DNA of 26,369 bases, from positions 1-26,369 of IMG/VR virus record IMGVR_UViG_3300008113_007939. The stretch is one strand, 5' to 3'. This DNA is from a virus. Taxonomy: Duplodnaviria; Caudoviricetes. Shown here in pieces: positions 9,256 through 17,791 of this stretch (the stretch's first letter is position 1; every line of letters starts with the position of its first letter). Below the pieces are notes generated by a model. That model was given only the letters and a program-made list of their open reading frames with translations, was not told the origin of the DNA and did no database searches. The position numbers and the translations under genes are program-made.

Positions 9256-9993
9256 ATGAACATTACTACATCTTTTACTTATAACTTAGCTGACGAGTAT
9301 CTTGCTCAAACATCGGAATTAAATAAAACTGCTACACTGACATATTCCGGTCCTCATAAATTATTTGTTTTTGTTGATAGAGAAACGGGATTGCTTCAAA
9401 TTCCTCAATCGTTCATGCCATCTTCAGGAAAAGCAGAAGAAGTTGAAATTGCAAACATAAGAGCTGGTTTAGAGAAAGTAGCAGTTTTACTGAGTCCTCT
9501 TGAAAGTAATCTTGATGCTTTGATTGCTTCTTTTTATATTGGAGTAAATACTAGTCCAGAATCTGGTCATCCACAAAAAGAGTATGCTTTAGATGATGGC
9601 ACAGTTTATTACAGCAGACCTGATCCAACATCTCCAGATCATACTTATGAAACTACACAAATATATTATGATTTAGAAAATGGTAATTGGAAAACTCCTT
9701 TTCCTTGGAAACTTCCTCACATTACCATGGAACAACATGTTATTGCGAGAGATTCAATTGTTGCTGGAACTCAAAATGATCTTGATGAAAATGGGCATCT
9801 TTATACACAAGAAATGAAAGATGCAGTTCAAGAATTTATTGATGGTTTAATGTCTTGTTATGATGTATATGAAAATGCTGAAGCTCATATGATTCCATTC
9901 CCAGCAGATATTAAAGTGGGTTGGAGGCAAGATTATGATTATAACTTGGATCCAGAAAATCTTTTAGGCCCAGATAAACTTCCCAAACAATAG
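9256..9993 (+). CDS. Acidic hypothetical protein, possible tail-fibre assembly chaperone
   Basis: Follows the fibre-tip genes; a helical C-terminal region ending IPFP loosely resembles tail assembly chaperones. The function is weak inference. Confidence 0.55.
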   Translation: MNITTSFTYNLADEYLAQTSELNKTATLTYSGPHKLFVFVDRETGLLQIPQSFMPSSGKAEEVEIANIRAGLEKVAVLLSPLESNLDALIASFYIGVNTSPESGHPQKEYALDDGTVYYSRPDPTSPDHTYETTQIYYDLENGNWKTPFPWKLPHITMEQHVIARDSIVAGTQNDLDENGHLYTQEMKDAVQEFIDGLMSCYDVYENAEAHMIPFPADIKVGWRQDYDYNLDPENLLGPDKLPKQ

Positions 9994-10015
9994 AAAGTAT
10001 AATATAATATATTCT

Positions 10016-10047
10016 AAGGAGATGTCTATTGACTATCTCCTTTTTTT
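10016..10047 (+). terminator. Rho-independent terminator
   Basis: AAGGAGAT-GTC-TATT-GAC-T-ATCTCCTT hairpin running into a T7 tract. Confidence 0.8.
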
Positions 10048-10049
10048 AG

Positions 10050-10057
10050 TCTAAATA
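10050..10057 (+). promoter_or_regulatory. Possible late promoter variant (TCTAAATA) for the sugar-modification cassette
   Basis: TAAATA core directly after the terminator and upstream of the GT gene. Confidence 0.45.
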
Positions 10058-10099
10058 TATTTGAATGGAAAATTCAGTATCATTTCAATTGATCCTATT

Positions 10100-11230
10100 A
10101 TGAGACCAAAATCATTTTTTATAAACGGTGGAGCAGGAAGAGTTTTGTGCTCCATTCCTGCATTAGAAAAATATCAAGAAGAGCATCCAGACGAAGATTT
10201 TGTAATTGTATGTGAAGGAGGGACAGATTTTTTTAAGGGACATCCCACTTTATATTCTCATGTTTATGACAATTGGCATAAAAATCTTTTTAGAGATAAG
10301 ATTGTAAATACGGATATTGAGACTCCAGAACCATACCGTATTTGGGAATACTACAATCAAAAATGTAATCTATCTCAAGCGTTTGATATTGCAATAAACA
10401 AAAAAGGAATAAGAGAACTACAAAAACCTACAATTAAACTATCCAGAGAAGAACAAATTGCTGGATTGTTTGCTGTAAATGAAGTAAGAGAAAAAACAAA
10501 AAAAGAAAAAACGGTTGTATTTCAACCTTTTGGTAGAGGAGTTCAAGTAATTGGTAATTTGATTGTAGATCACTCTGGTAGAAGTTTTGAGTATAATAAC
10601 GTTATTAATATAATTAAAAAACTTCAGAGGAAATATTCTGTAATATTAATGACGGAACTTTCTTTAAATCTTGATTCCGAAAACATGAAAGAACCTGTTG
10701 CAATTCCTCAGGGTGTTCCTATTAGGCATTGGGCAGGAATAATCAAGGAAGCAGATCTTTTTATTGGATGTGATAGTGTTGGTCAGCATATTGCATATTC
10801 TGTTGACACACCATCTGTAGTTGTAGTAGGATCTACTTTTAAAGAAAATATTTCATATCCAAATTATGAGAAATTTGATGTATTGGATATGGGCGAGGGG
10901 CTTAGAGTTTATGATCCAATTAGAGTATCATATGATGAAGAGTCATTAAGAGTAAATGATGGTATAATGGTTATGAATGATAAAATTGAAGATGTAATTA
11001 TAAAATCATCAGATAAGTTGATGAATAGATATTACGAAAAACCTAAGGTTAATTTTATTCCTCCAACACAAGAACAAATTAAACCATCATGTTGTCCTCC
11101 AACAATGAGTGGGAATAGTAATCCAAATTTAATTCCTGCATTAATGGAGAATTCCAACAGTAATCCTTTAGAAAATATTGGAAAATCCAAAACATCTGGA
11201 TTTGCAAACTCTATAAACATCAAAAAATAA
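10100..11230 (+). CDS. GT9 (ADP-heptose heptosyltransferase-like) glycosyltransferase
   Basis: N-terminal GGAGRVLCSIPAL and C-terminal WAGIIKEADLFIGCDSVGQHIAYSVDTPSVVVVG match GT9 (WaaC/WaaF) patterns; ATG 10100 preferred over TTG 10061. Confidence 0.7.
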   Translation: MRPKSFFINGGAGRVLCSIPALEKYQEEHPDEDFVIVCEGGTDFFKGHPTLYSHVYDNWHKNLFRDKIVNTDIETPEPYRIWEYYNQKCNLSQAFDIAINKKGIRELQKPTIKLSREEQIAGLFAVNEVREKTKKEKTVVFQPFGRGVQVIGNLIVDHSGRSFEYNNVINIIKKLQRKYSVILMTELSLNLDSENMKEPVAIPQGVPIRHWAGIIKEADLFIGCDSVGQHIAYSVDTPSVVVVGSTFKENISYPNYEKFDVLDMGEGLRVYDPIRVSYDEESLRVNDGIMVMNDKIEDVIIKSSDKLMNRYYEKPKVNFIPPTQEQIKPSCCPPTMSGNSNPNLIPALMENSNSNPLENIGKSKTSGFANSINIKK

Positions 11231-11244
11231 ATTGAGGTATATAC

Positions 11245-12945
11245 ATGACAATTATTGCAGCAGTTGCCCGTGGTCATAATGGGAGCACTACTCTACTGGT
11301 TGATGGTAAAGTAGTATTTTATTTGGAAGAAGAACGTCTCTCAAAATTCAAATATGATGGATCTCCACTTCTTGGACTAGCAAAAGTATTTGAGTATGTA
11401 GATCACATTGATCATTTGGTCGTTTGTCATACTCATAGAAATGGTCCTCAATTGGATTGGACTGGTGAAGATATGTATCAAGGGTGGGTTAGAAAACTTG
11501 CAAGAAAAAAGTTTGAATTCCAAACTCATTTTATTGATATCAATCATCATGAAATGCACGCAGCTTGTGGATTTTATAATTCTGGATTTGAAACTGCTGC
11601 TTGTGTGATTGCTGATGGAGCAGGGAGTTTCCTTCAGTTTGATGGACTTCAGGATACTGCTTATGAATTTGAGACTATCTTTAAAGCTAGTTATCCTAAA
11701 AATTTTGAAACAGTTTGGAAACACTTAGGAACAAAATCTGCTATTGGATTGCAACAACCAGAAGAAAATTTTTATGTAACTGAATATCCAGGACATACTA
11801 AAATGTATGAGGCAGTTACTCAATATTGTGGATTTCCTGCTATTGAAGCTGGAAAACTGATGGGTCTTGCTCCATATGGAAGTGAAAATGAGGACATCCC
11901 ATCATTCTTTAAAGATGGTTGGGGAAATAGAGATATGGTTATTCCAACGTATCCTAATGCTGCACAAATAAATTGCCAAAGATATCAGATTTTATCTGAT
12001 GATTTGAGAAATCATGTTCATGGAGTTTCTGAATATACGCAAGTTCAAAAAGATATGGCGTATAAAATCCAAGAAGAAACTTCAAACAGAATGGTTGATC
12101 TTATTCGTAAAGCACATGAATTAACTGGAGAAAAAAATATTGTTATTTGTGGTGGATATGGATTGAACTGTGTTGCCAACTATAAGTATTGGAAAGAATT
12201 CCCTGATCTTAACATTTATTGCGAGCCCATTTCACATGATGGTGGGACATCTATTGGAGGAGCAAAGTATATTCATCATCAAGTAACTGAAAATACTACT
12301 CCACAAAAACAGGAATCAGTTTATTATGGTCCTCAATACGATCCATCTACTTATGAAACTGATCTGGAAGGTCTTGAAGTAACAGACACCTCTTATGATG
12401 AAATTGCAAAACTAATTCGTGAGGGAAATATCGTTACCATGTATCAAGGACGTTCTGAAGGTGGTCCTCGTGCTCTTGGTAATCGTTCTATTTTGTTTGA
12501 CCCAACAATCGAAGATGGAAAAGAGATTGTAAATACTGTAAAGCATCGTGAATGGTTCCGTCCATTTGCTTGCTCAATTCTGAAAGAAAAAGTTAATCAA
12601 TGGTTTGATCTTGCTGGTCGTGAAGAGTCTCCTCATATGATGTATGCTGTAAATTGTCTTCCTGGCGTAGAGGAAAAAATTCCATCAGTAATTCATGTTG
12701 ATGGAACTTGTCGCATTCAAACAGTTACTAAAGAGCAAAATGAGCACTACTACAATTTGATTAGTGCTTTTGAAAAACTGAGTGAAGTTCCTATTCTCTT
12801 CAATACTTCTTTTAATCTTGGTGGAGATCCATTAGTAGAAACTATAGAGGATGGAATTGAAACTCTTAATAGGAGTGATATTGAATACATGTATCTTCCA
12901 GAAATTCAAAAGTTGGTTACAGTAAAAAATAATGTGGAACAATGA
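11245..12945 (+). CDS. O-carbamoyltransferase, NodU/CmcH/TobZ family (copy 1)
   Basis: EEERLS, HHEMHA, DGAG, GKLMGLAPYG, GGYGLNCVAN, GPRALGNRS, HVDGTCRIQT, NTSFN. Confidence 0.92.
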   Translation: MTIIAAVARGHNGSTTLLVDGKVVFYLEEERLSKFKYDGSPLLGLAKVFEYVDHIDHLVVCHTHRNGPQLDWTGEDMYQGWVRKLARKKFEFQTHFIDINHHEMHAACGFYNSGFETAACVIADGAGSFLQFDGLQDTAYEFETIFKASYPKNFETVWKHLGTKSAIGLQQPEENFYVTEYPGHTKMYEAVTQYCGFPAIEAGKLMGLAPYGSENEDIPSFFKDGWGNRDMVIPTYPNAAQINCQRYQILSDDLRNHVHGVSEYTQVQKDMAYKIQEETSNRMVDLIRKAHELTGEKNIVICGGYGLNCVANYKYWKEFPDLNIYCEPISHDGGTSIGGAKYIHHQVTENTTPQKQESVYYGPQYDPSTYETDLEGLEVTDTSYDEIAKLIREGNIVTMYQGRSEGGPRALGNRSILFDPTIEDGKEIVNTVKHREWFRPFACSILKEKVNQWFDLAGREESPHMMYAVNCLPGVEEKIPSVIHVDGTCRIQTVTKEQNEHYYNLISAFEKLSEVPILFNTSFNLGGDPLVETIEDGIETLNRSDIEYMYLPEIQKLVTVKNNVEQ

Positions 12946-13592
12946 GCAAAGAATCATATTTTGAAGATATTGTAGAGATAAATGATCTTATTCCAAAAAG
13001 ATTTCAAGATCATTTATCTGATTCAATTATGCAACCAAAATTTCCTTGGTATTTTGTAAGAGAAGTTAGTGCCCCTTATGGGGCATGGAAAAATAATGAT
13101 CTAAACAAATATGATTGTGAAATAAATGATTATTCAGTTTCTGGATTTGTGCATGAACTGTGGAGTAAAGGAAACATAGAATCATCATATTTTGATACAT
13201 TCTCTCCGATTTTATATTTTTTGGAAGATGCTTCAAATTTACAAATTGAAGATCTAGTTGAATTTAGATTGAATTTATTTAATAGAAATGCAAATATAGT
13301 TCCTCATCATATTCCTCATATAGATGTTCCAAAAAATGATGTAAAATTATATACAGCACTTTATTATGTAAATGATTCAGATGGCGATACTCATTTCTTT
13401 AAAGAATTTTATGATCCATCAATAAAAAGATTTATTAATGGATATAGTCCAGATATTTTTAATTTACAAACTAGAGTGACACCACAAAAAGGAAAAACTA
13501 TTCTTTTTGATTCTAGAAGGTATCACGCAAGTTCTTATCCTGAGCAAACTCCAGAAAGGATAGTATTAAACATTACTTTTACGGTTAAGTGA
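12942..13592 (+). CDS. 2OG-Fe(II) oxygenase family protein
   Basis: PHID (HxD), YYVNDSDGDT, distal YHASS and RIVLN; ATGA-coupled. Confidence 0.82.
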   Translation: MSKESYFEDIVEINDLIPKRFQDHLSDSIMQPKFPWYFVREVSAPYGAWKNNDLNKYDCEINDYSVSGFVHELWSKGNIESSYFDTFSPILYFLEDASNLQIEDLVEFRLNLFNRNANIVPHHIPHIDVPKNDVKLYTALYYVNDSDGDTHFFKEFYDPSIKRFINGYSPDIFNLQTRVTPQKGKTILFDSRRYHASSYPEQTPERIVLNITFTVK

Positions 13593-13595
13593 CAT

Positions 13596-15263
13596 ATGTG
13601 GATGTTAGGCGTAAATAGATCTCATGATGCATCTATTACTTTAATGAAAGATGATGAAATAGTTCTTCATTTACAAGAAGAACGATTGTCTCATTCTAAA
13701 CATTGTAAAGAAGTATTATATCTATCTGATATTATTAAAAATTATACTACCGAAATAGATTATGCAGGATATACATATTTGCATAATGAAGTTTCGGACT
13801 TTGCTCCATATCATCAATTGTTTGAAAAGAATGGAATTGATGTAAAAGAGTGGCATAATTTTGCAAATATGCATCATGAATTACATAGTGCATGTGCTTT
13901 CTATAATTCTGGATTTGATAATGCAGTATGTCTAGTTATAGACGGTGCGGGATCTGACAAATTTTATGGAAAAGAGAATGAATCAATTTTTGATATTAAT
14001 TCTTATTCCGAATTTAATTGCGTCTATAAAACTTGTGTCGGATTTGGTGAGATTGAAAATCCAGATGTTCCACATTATGTTGATAAAAAGAAAAGAATTG
14101 GAGTTGGAATGGTATATTCTGCTGTGACAGAATATTTGGGATGGGATGGACTAAATTGTGGGAAAACTATGGGTTTATCTTCTTATGGAACAGAAGATAA
14201 AAAAATTAAACCCATGATAACTTCTTTAGGTGGGAATTGTGAAATATTTGGATTATATGATTGGCAAGATTTGACTATGGTTGGAGCAAAATTGAGAGCA
14301 TATGAATATATTTCATATGCAAAAAATGCTGAAGATAAAGAAAGAAAAAGACAAAATTTAGCATATAAATTACAAAAAGAATTTGAACTTTATATACTTG
14401 AATTAGTTTATAAAGCAATATCAATCACTGGAAAGAGTAATGTAATTTTGACTGGCGGATGTGCGCTTAATTGTGTTTCTAATTATCGTCTCTTAAAAAA
14501 TTTACCTAAGCATGTAAAACTTTATGTTGAACCCATATCAGATGATTCTGGGGTATCAATGGGCGCTGTAAAATATCTGTACTATAAATCCCAGTCGGAA
14601 CGGTTGATTCCAAATTATAAAGATTTTTCTTTGGATACTTTATATCTTGGACAGCAAATTAATTATAATTATGAATTAAAAGAAAATGAGATTGAAAAAG
14701 ATACAACTCCTCATGATGTTGCTAAATTGATTGTTGATGGAAATATCGTAGCAATTTGTCAAGGTAGATCTGAAGCAGGACCTCGTGCTCTTGGCAATCG
14801 TTCTATTCTTTTTGATCCAAGAGTAAAAAACGGAAAAGATATAGTAAATACTGTTAAGAAGAGAGAATATTTTAGACCTTTTGCTGGAACAGTTCTTTTA
14901 GAACATGCTAGTGATTGGTTTGATATGGACAAATTAAAAGAAACTCCATATATGATGTATGCTGTAGATGTTCTAGAAAATAAAAGAGATCTTATACCTG
15001 CTATAACTCACGTTGATGGAACATGTAGAATTCAAACATTAAGAAAAGAACAAAATGAAAACTATTATAATTTGATTGAAGAATTTTATAGATTAACTGA
15101 AGTTCCAATACTTTTTAATACTTCATTTAATCTTGCTGGAGATACTATTGTTGAAACAATTGAAGATGCTTTTAGAACTTTGAGAGAGAGTGAAATTGAA
15201 TATATGTATCTTCCAGAAATTAAAAAGTTAATCTATGTTCCTAATGAAAAAAATATTCGTTAA
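13596..15263 (+). CDS. O-carbamoyltransferase, NodU/CmcH/TobZ family (copy 2)
   Basis: HDAS, QEERLS, HHELHS, DGAG, GKTMGLSSYG, GPRALGNRS, FRPFA, HVDGTCRIQT, NTSFN. Confidence 0.92.
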   Translation: MWMLGVNRSHDASITLMKDDEIVLHLQEERLSHSKHCKEVLYLSDIIKNYTTEIDYAGYTYLHNEVSDFAPYHQLFEKNGIDVKEWHNFANMHHELHSACAFYNSGFDNAVCLVIDGAGSDKFYGKENESIFDINSYSEFNCVYKTCVGFGEIENPDVPHYVDKKKRIGVGMVYSAVTEYLGWDGLNCGKTMGLSSYGTEDKKIKPMITSLGGNCEIFGLYDWQDLTMVGAKLRAYEYISYAKNAEDKERKRQNLAYKLQKEFELYILELVYKAISITGKSNVILTGGCALNCVSNYRLLKNLPKHVKLYVEPISDDSGVSMGAVKYLYYKSQSERLIPNYKDFSLDTLYLGQQINYNYELKENEIEKDTTPHDVAKLIVDGNIVAICQGRSEAGPRALGNRSILFDPRVKNGKDIVNTVKKREYFRPFAGTVLLEHASDWFDMDKLKETPYMMYAVDVLENKRDLIPAITHVDGTCRIQTLRKEQNENYYNLIEEFYRLTEVPILFNTSFNLAGDTIVETIEDAFRTLRESEIEYMYLPEIKKLIYVPNEKNIR

Positions 15264-15645
15264 TGGTACATTTGATGTCCTCCATAGAGGGCATCTTTTA
15301 TTGCTTAATTATGCCAAAAATTTGGGTGATGTATTATATGTTGCTATAGATTCAGATGAAAGAGTAAAAGAAAAGAAAGGATTATCAAGACCAATTAATT
15401 CTCTTGATGAAAGGTTATTCATGCTTGAAAATTTAAAAGCGGTTGATTATGTTATGTCTTTTTCAAATGATGGATCTTTAGAAAGTCTTGTGAAAATAAT
15501 AAAACCTGATATAATGATAGTAGGGTCCGACTGGAAAAATAAACCAGTCATAGGATCTCAGTATGCAAAAGAATTAAAGTTTTTTGATAGAATAGATGGA
15601 TACTCCTCAACAAAAACGATTCAAAGTATTATTGATCGGGGATAG
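15244..15645 (+). CDS. hldC: Heptose-1-phosphate nucleotidyltransferase (HldE/RfaE domain II, HldC-like)
   Basis: NGTFDVLHRGH (HIGH-type), SDERVKEKKGLSRPIN, GSDW, GYSST; adjacent to the RfaE-I kinase; ATG 15244 preferred. Confidence 0.78.
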   Translation: MKKIFVNGTFDVLHRGHLLLLNYAKNLGDVLYVAIDSDERVKEKKGLSRPINSLDERLFMLENLKAVDYVMSFSNDGSLESLVKIIKPDIMIVGSDWKNKPVIGSQYAKELKFFDRIDGYSSTKTIQSIIDRG

Positions 15646-16360
15646 TTGCGAAGACGAATATATCTATGGAAAGTGTGAAAGGATTAGTCCAGAAGCACCT
15701 GTTCCTGTAATGAAGTATTCCAGACTTGAAACTAAATCTGGAATGGCAGGAAATGTATGCTTAAACCTTCAAGCGTTTGATATTGATATTACATTTCTAA
15801 CTAATTCTGAAAAGTTGGTTAAAACTAGGTTTATTGATGAAAAATCAAATCAACAGATTCTTCGTGTCGATAATGAGGAAAAAATTAAACCTTTATTGCT
15901 TCCCATTTCTACTGATACTTTTGATGCTGTTGTAATTTCCGATTACAACAAAGGATATCTAACAGATCAAAAATTATTTGAAATAGTTGAACGATCTAAT
16001 ATTCCTATTTTTATTGATAGTAAGAAAACATTTCTACCAAACAAAGAAAATTGTTTTGTCAAAATCAATGAGTATGAGTTTGAAAATCTGAGAGCAGATT
16101 GTTATATTGAGAACCTAATTATTACTAAGGGTTCTGAAGGGTGCATCTATAAGAACACTTTGTATCGTGCTGAAAAAGTAAATGTATATGATGTTGTTGG
16201 TGCTGGGGATACTTTTCTAGCAGCATTAACATATGGATATTTGACTTACAATAATATTGATAATGCACTTTTATTTGCTAATAAAGCAGCTGCTATTGCT
16301 GTTCAGAGATCGGGAACTTATGTTCTAACGGAGGAAGATGTCAAAAGTTTATGTAATTGA
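15596..16360 (+). CDS. hldA: Heptose-7-phosphate kinase (HldE/RfaE domain I, PfkB family, HldA-like)
   Basis: IGDSCEDEY, ERISPEAPVPV, GMAGNV, KTRF, SDYNKG, VYDVVGAGDTF; start uncertain. Confidence 0.88.
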   Translation: MDTPQQKRFKVLLIGDSCEDEYIYGKCERISPEAPVPVMKYSRLETKSGMAGNVCLNLQAFDIDITFLTNSEKLVKTRFIDEKSNQQILRVDNEEKIKPLLLPISTDTFDAVVISDYNKGYLTDQKLFEIVERSNIPIFIDSKKTFLPNKENCFVKINEYEFENLRADCYIENLIITKGSEGCIYKNTLYRAEKVNVYDVVGAGDTFLAALTYGYLTYNNIDNALLFANKAAAIAVQRSGTYVLTEEDVKSLCN

Positions 16361-16670
16361 TATTGATGGTACTATTTGTAATAATGGAACTTGCGGTTCA
16401 TGTAAATATGAAGGTAGCAAACCCATACAAGAACGTATAGAAAAAATAAATCATCTATACGATGAGGGAAATATTATTAAATATTTTACTGCAAGAGGAA
16501 TGGGTAGATATAATGATGATGCTGAGAAAGCAACAGAAAGATTTTATGAATTAACTAAAATGCAATTAGATATTTGGGGATGCAAATATCACGAACTTAT
16601 TCTTGGGAAACCATCTGCAGATTACTACATAGATGATAAGGCAATAAAAGACAATGAATTCTTCAATTAA
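16338..16670 (+). CDS. Minimal HAD-superfamily phosphatase
   Basis: DIDGT motif I, TARG motif II, GKP..DYYIDDKA motifs III/IV. Confidence 0.8.
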   Translation: MSKVYVIDIDGTICNNGTCGSCKYEGSKPIQERIEKINHLYDEGNIIKYFTARGMGRYNDDAEKATERFYELTKMQLDIWGCKYHELILGKPSADYYIDDKAIKDNEFFN

Positions 16671-17013
16671 ATTTGTCCCCAAAGGATGGGGATTTGAAAA
16701 GTGGATTGTTAATAACGAACAATACTGCGGAAAACTTTTATATTTTGTAAAAGGAAAGAAGTGCTCTTGGCATTATCACAACATAAAAGATGAGACATTT
16801 TATGTTCAATCTGGAATGTTGGTCCTTTTTTATGGTTATGATGACGACATTAATTTGGCGAAAAAAATAACCCTCAAAAGAGGGCAAAACTTTCATGTTC
16901 CTGTTGGATTAAGACATAAAATGTATGCCTTAGAAGATACTGAGTTGTTTGAATTTTCAACTCAACATCTTGATAGTGATAGTATCAGGGTTATTCAAGG
17001 AGATACTCTTTAA
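16654..17013 (+). CDS. Cupin-fold protein, putative sugar-phosphate isomerase
   Basis: KGWG.E, SWHYH..KDETFY and PVGLRH cupin metal motifs. Confidence 0.75.
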   Translation: MNSSIKFVPKGWGFEKWIVNNEQYCGKLLYFVKGKKCSWHYHNIKDETFYVQSGMLVLFYGYDDDINLAKKITLKRGQNFHVPVGLRHKMYALEDTELFEFSTQHLDSDSIRVIQGDTL

Positions 17014-17749
17014 CCGATTTAAATTTATAATCGCCAATCCATTTCATATCAGCGCAAGTGTAATCTTGATATTTACCTTTAAGATGTTCGGGGAAGTCGA
17101 TGTATTCGATTTCCCCTTTTTCCTTTTCTGCTACAAATTCTGCAACTTTTTGAAATGAAACTGGTGATCCTGTTCCTAGATCATAGATTCCAGATTCAAT
17201 ATTTGTATTTAAAACTATATCCACAACATCATCAACACAAACAAAATCTCTAAAAAACTTATTCGAACCTTTGAATAATTTTAGTTTTCCTCTTGCTTGA
17301 TCTTCTTTGTGTTCTTCTCCTACACCATATACATTAAAATATCTAAATCCTTGAATTGATCTGAACTTATCTAGATTGTCTTGAACAAAATAATCAATCT
17401 GCAATTTTGTAATTGCATAATAATTCAGTGGATTAATTACTTTCAATTTTTTTGTTTGATTTCCATATACGGATGCTGATGAAGCATACTTTACTGGAAT
17501 TTGATATTGAATTGCTTTTTCAAATAAAAACAATGTAAATGCTACATTATTATGATGTAATGTTTGGATATTCTTCTCTGTCGTAGATGAGATTGCTCCT
17601 TGATGGATGATTAAAGATACTTCATTCCATCTATCAAATCCACTTATAAACTTATATGCGTTTTCTTTTTCTACTTCTATTATAGGTTCATTGATTTTCT
17701 TCAGAAAATTTTTGCCAATAAACCCTTTGCTTCCAGTTAATATGATCAT
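16991..17749 (-). CDS. hldD: ADP-L-glycero-D-manno-heptose 6-epimerase-like SDR with an internal in-frame deletion
   Basis: TGSKGFIG, HQGAISSTTE, YASSASVYG, PLNYYAITK, FRYFNVYG..E.HK, KLFKGS...RDFV. Confidence 0.82.
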   Translation of the reverse strand: MIILTGSKGFIGKNFLKKINEPIIEVEKENAYKFISGFDRWNEVSLIIHQGAISSTTEKNIQTLHHNNVAFTLFLFEKAIQYQIPVKYASSASVYGNQTKKLKVINPLNYYAITKLQIDYFVQDNLDKFRSIQGFRYFNVYGVGEEHKEDQARGKLKLFKGSNKFFRDFVCVDDVVDIVLNTNIESGIYDLGTGSPVSFQKVAEFVAEKEKGEIEYIDFPEHLKGKYQDYTCADMKWIGDYKFKSVKEYLLE

Positions 17750-17762
17750 AGGTTGTCTTGAA

Positions 17763-17770
17763 TATAAATA
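17763..17770 (+). promoter_or_regulatory. T4 late promoter TATAAATA
   Basis: Exact consensus in the divergent intergenic gap upstream of 17792. Confidence 0.75.
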
Positions 17771-17791
17771 CTTTAAATTATAATTGTGCCA

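Noticed and set aside
15244-15645. Glycerol-3-phosphate cytidylyltransferase (TagD) call
   Set aside because: Same fold, but the KG..RPIN motif and adjacency to the RfaE-I kinase and HldD favour a heptose nucleotidyltransferase.
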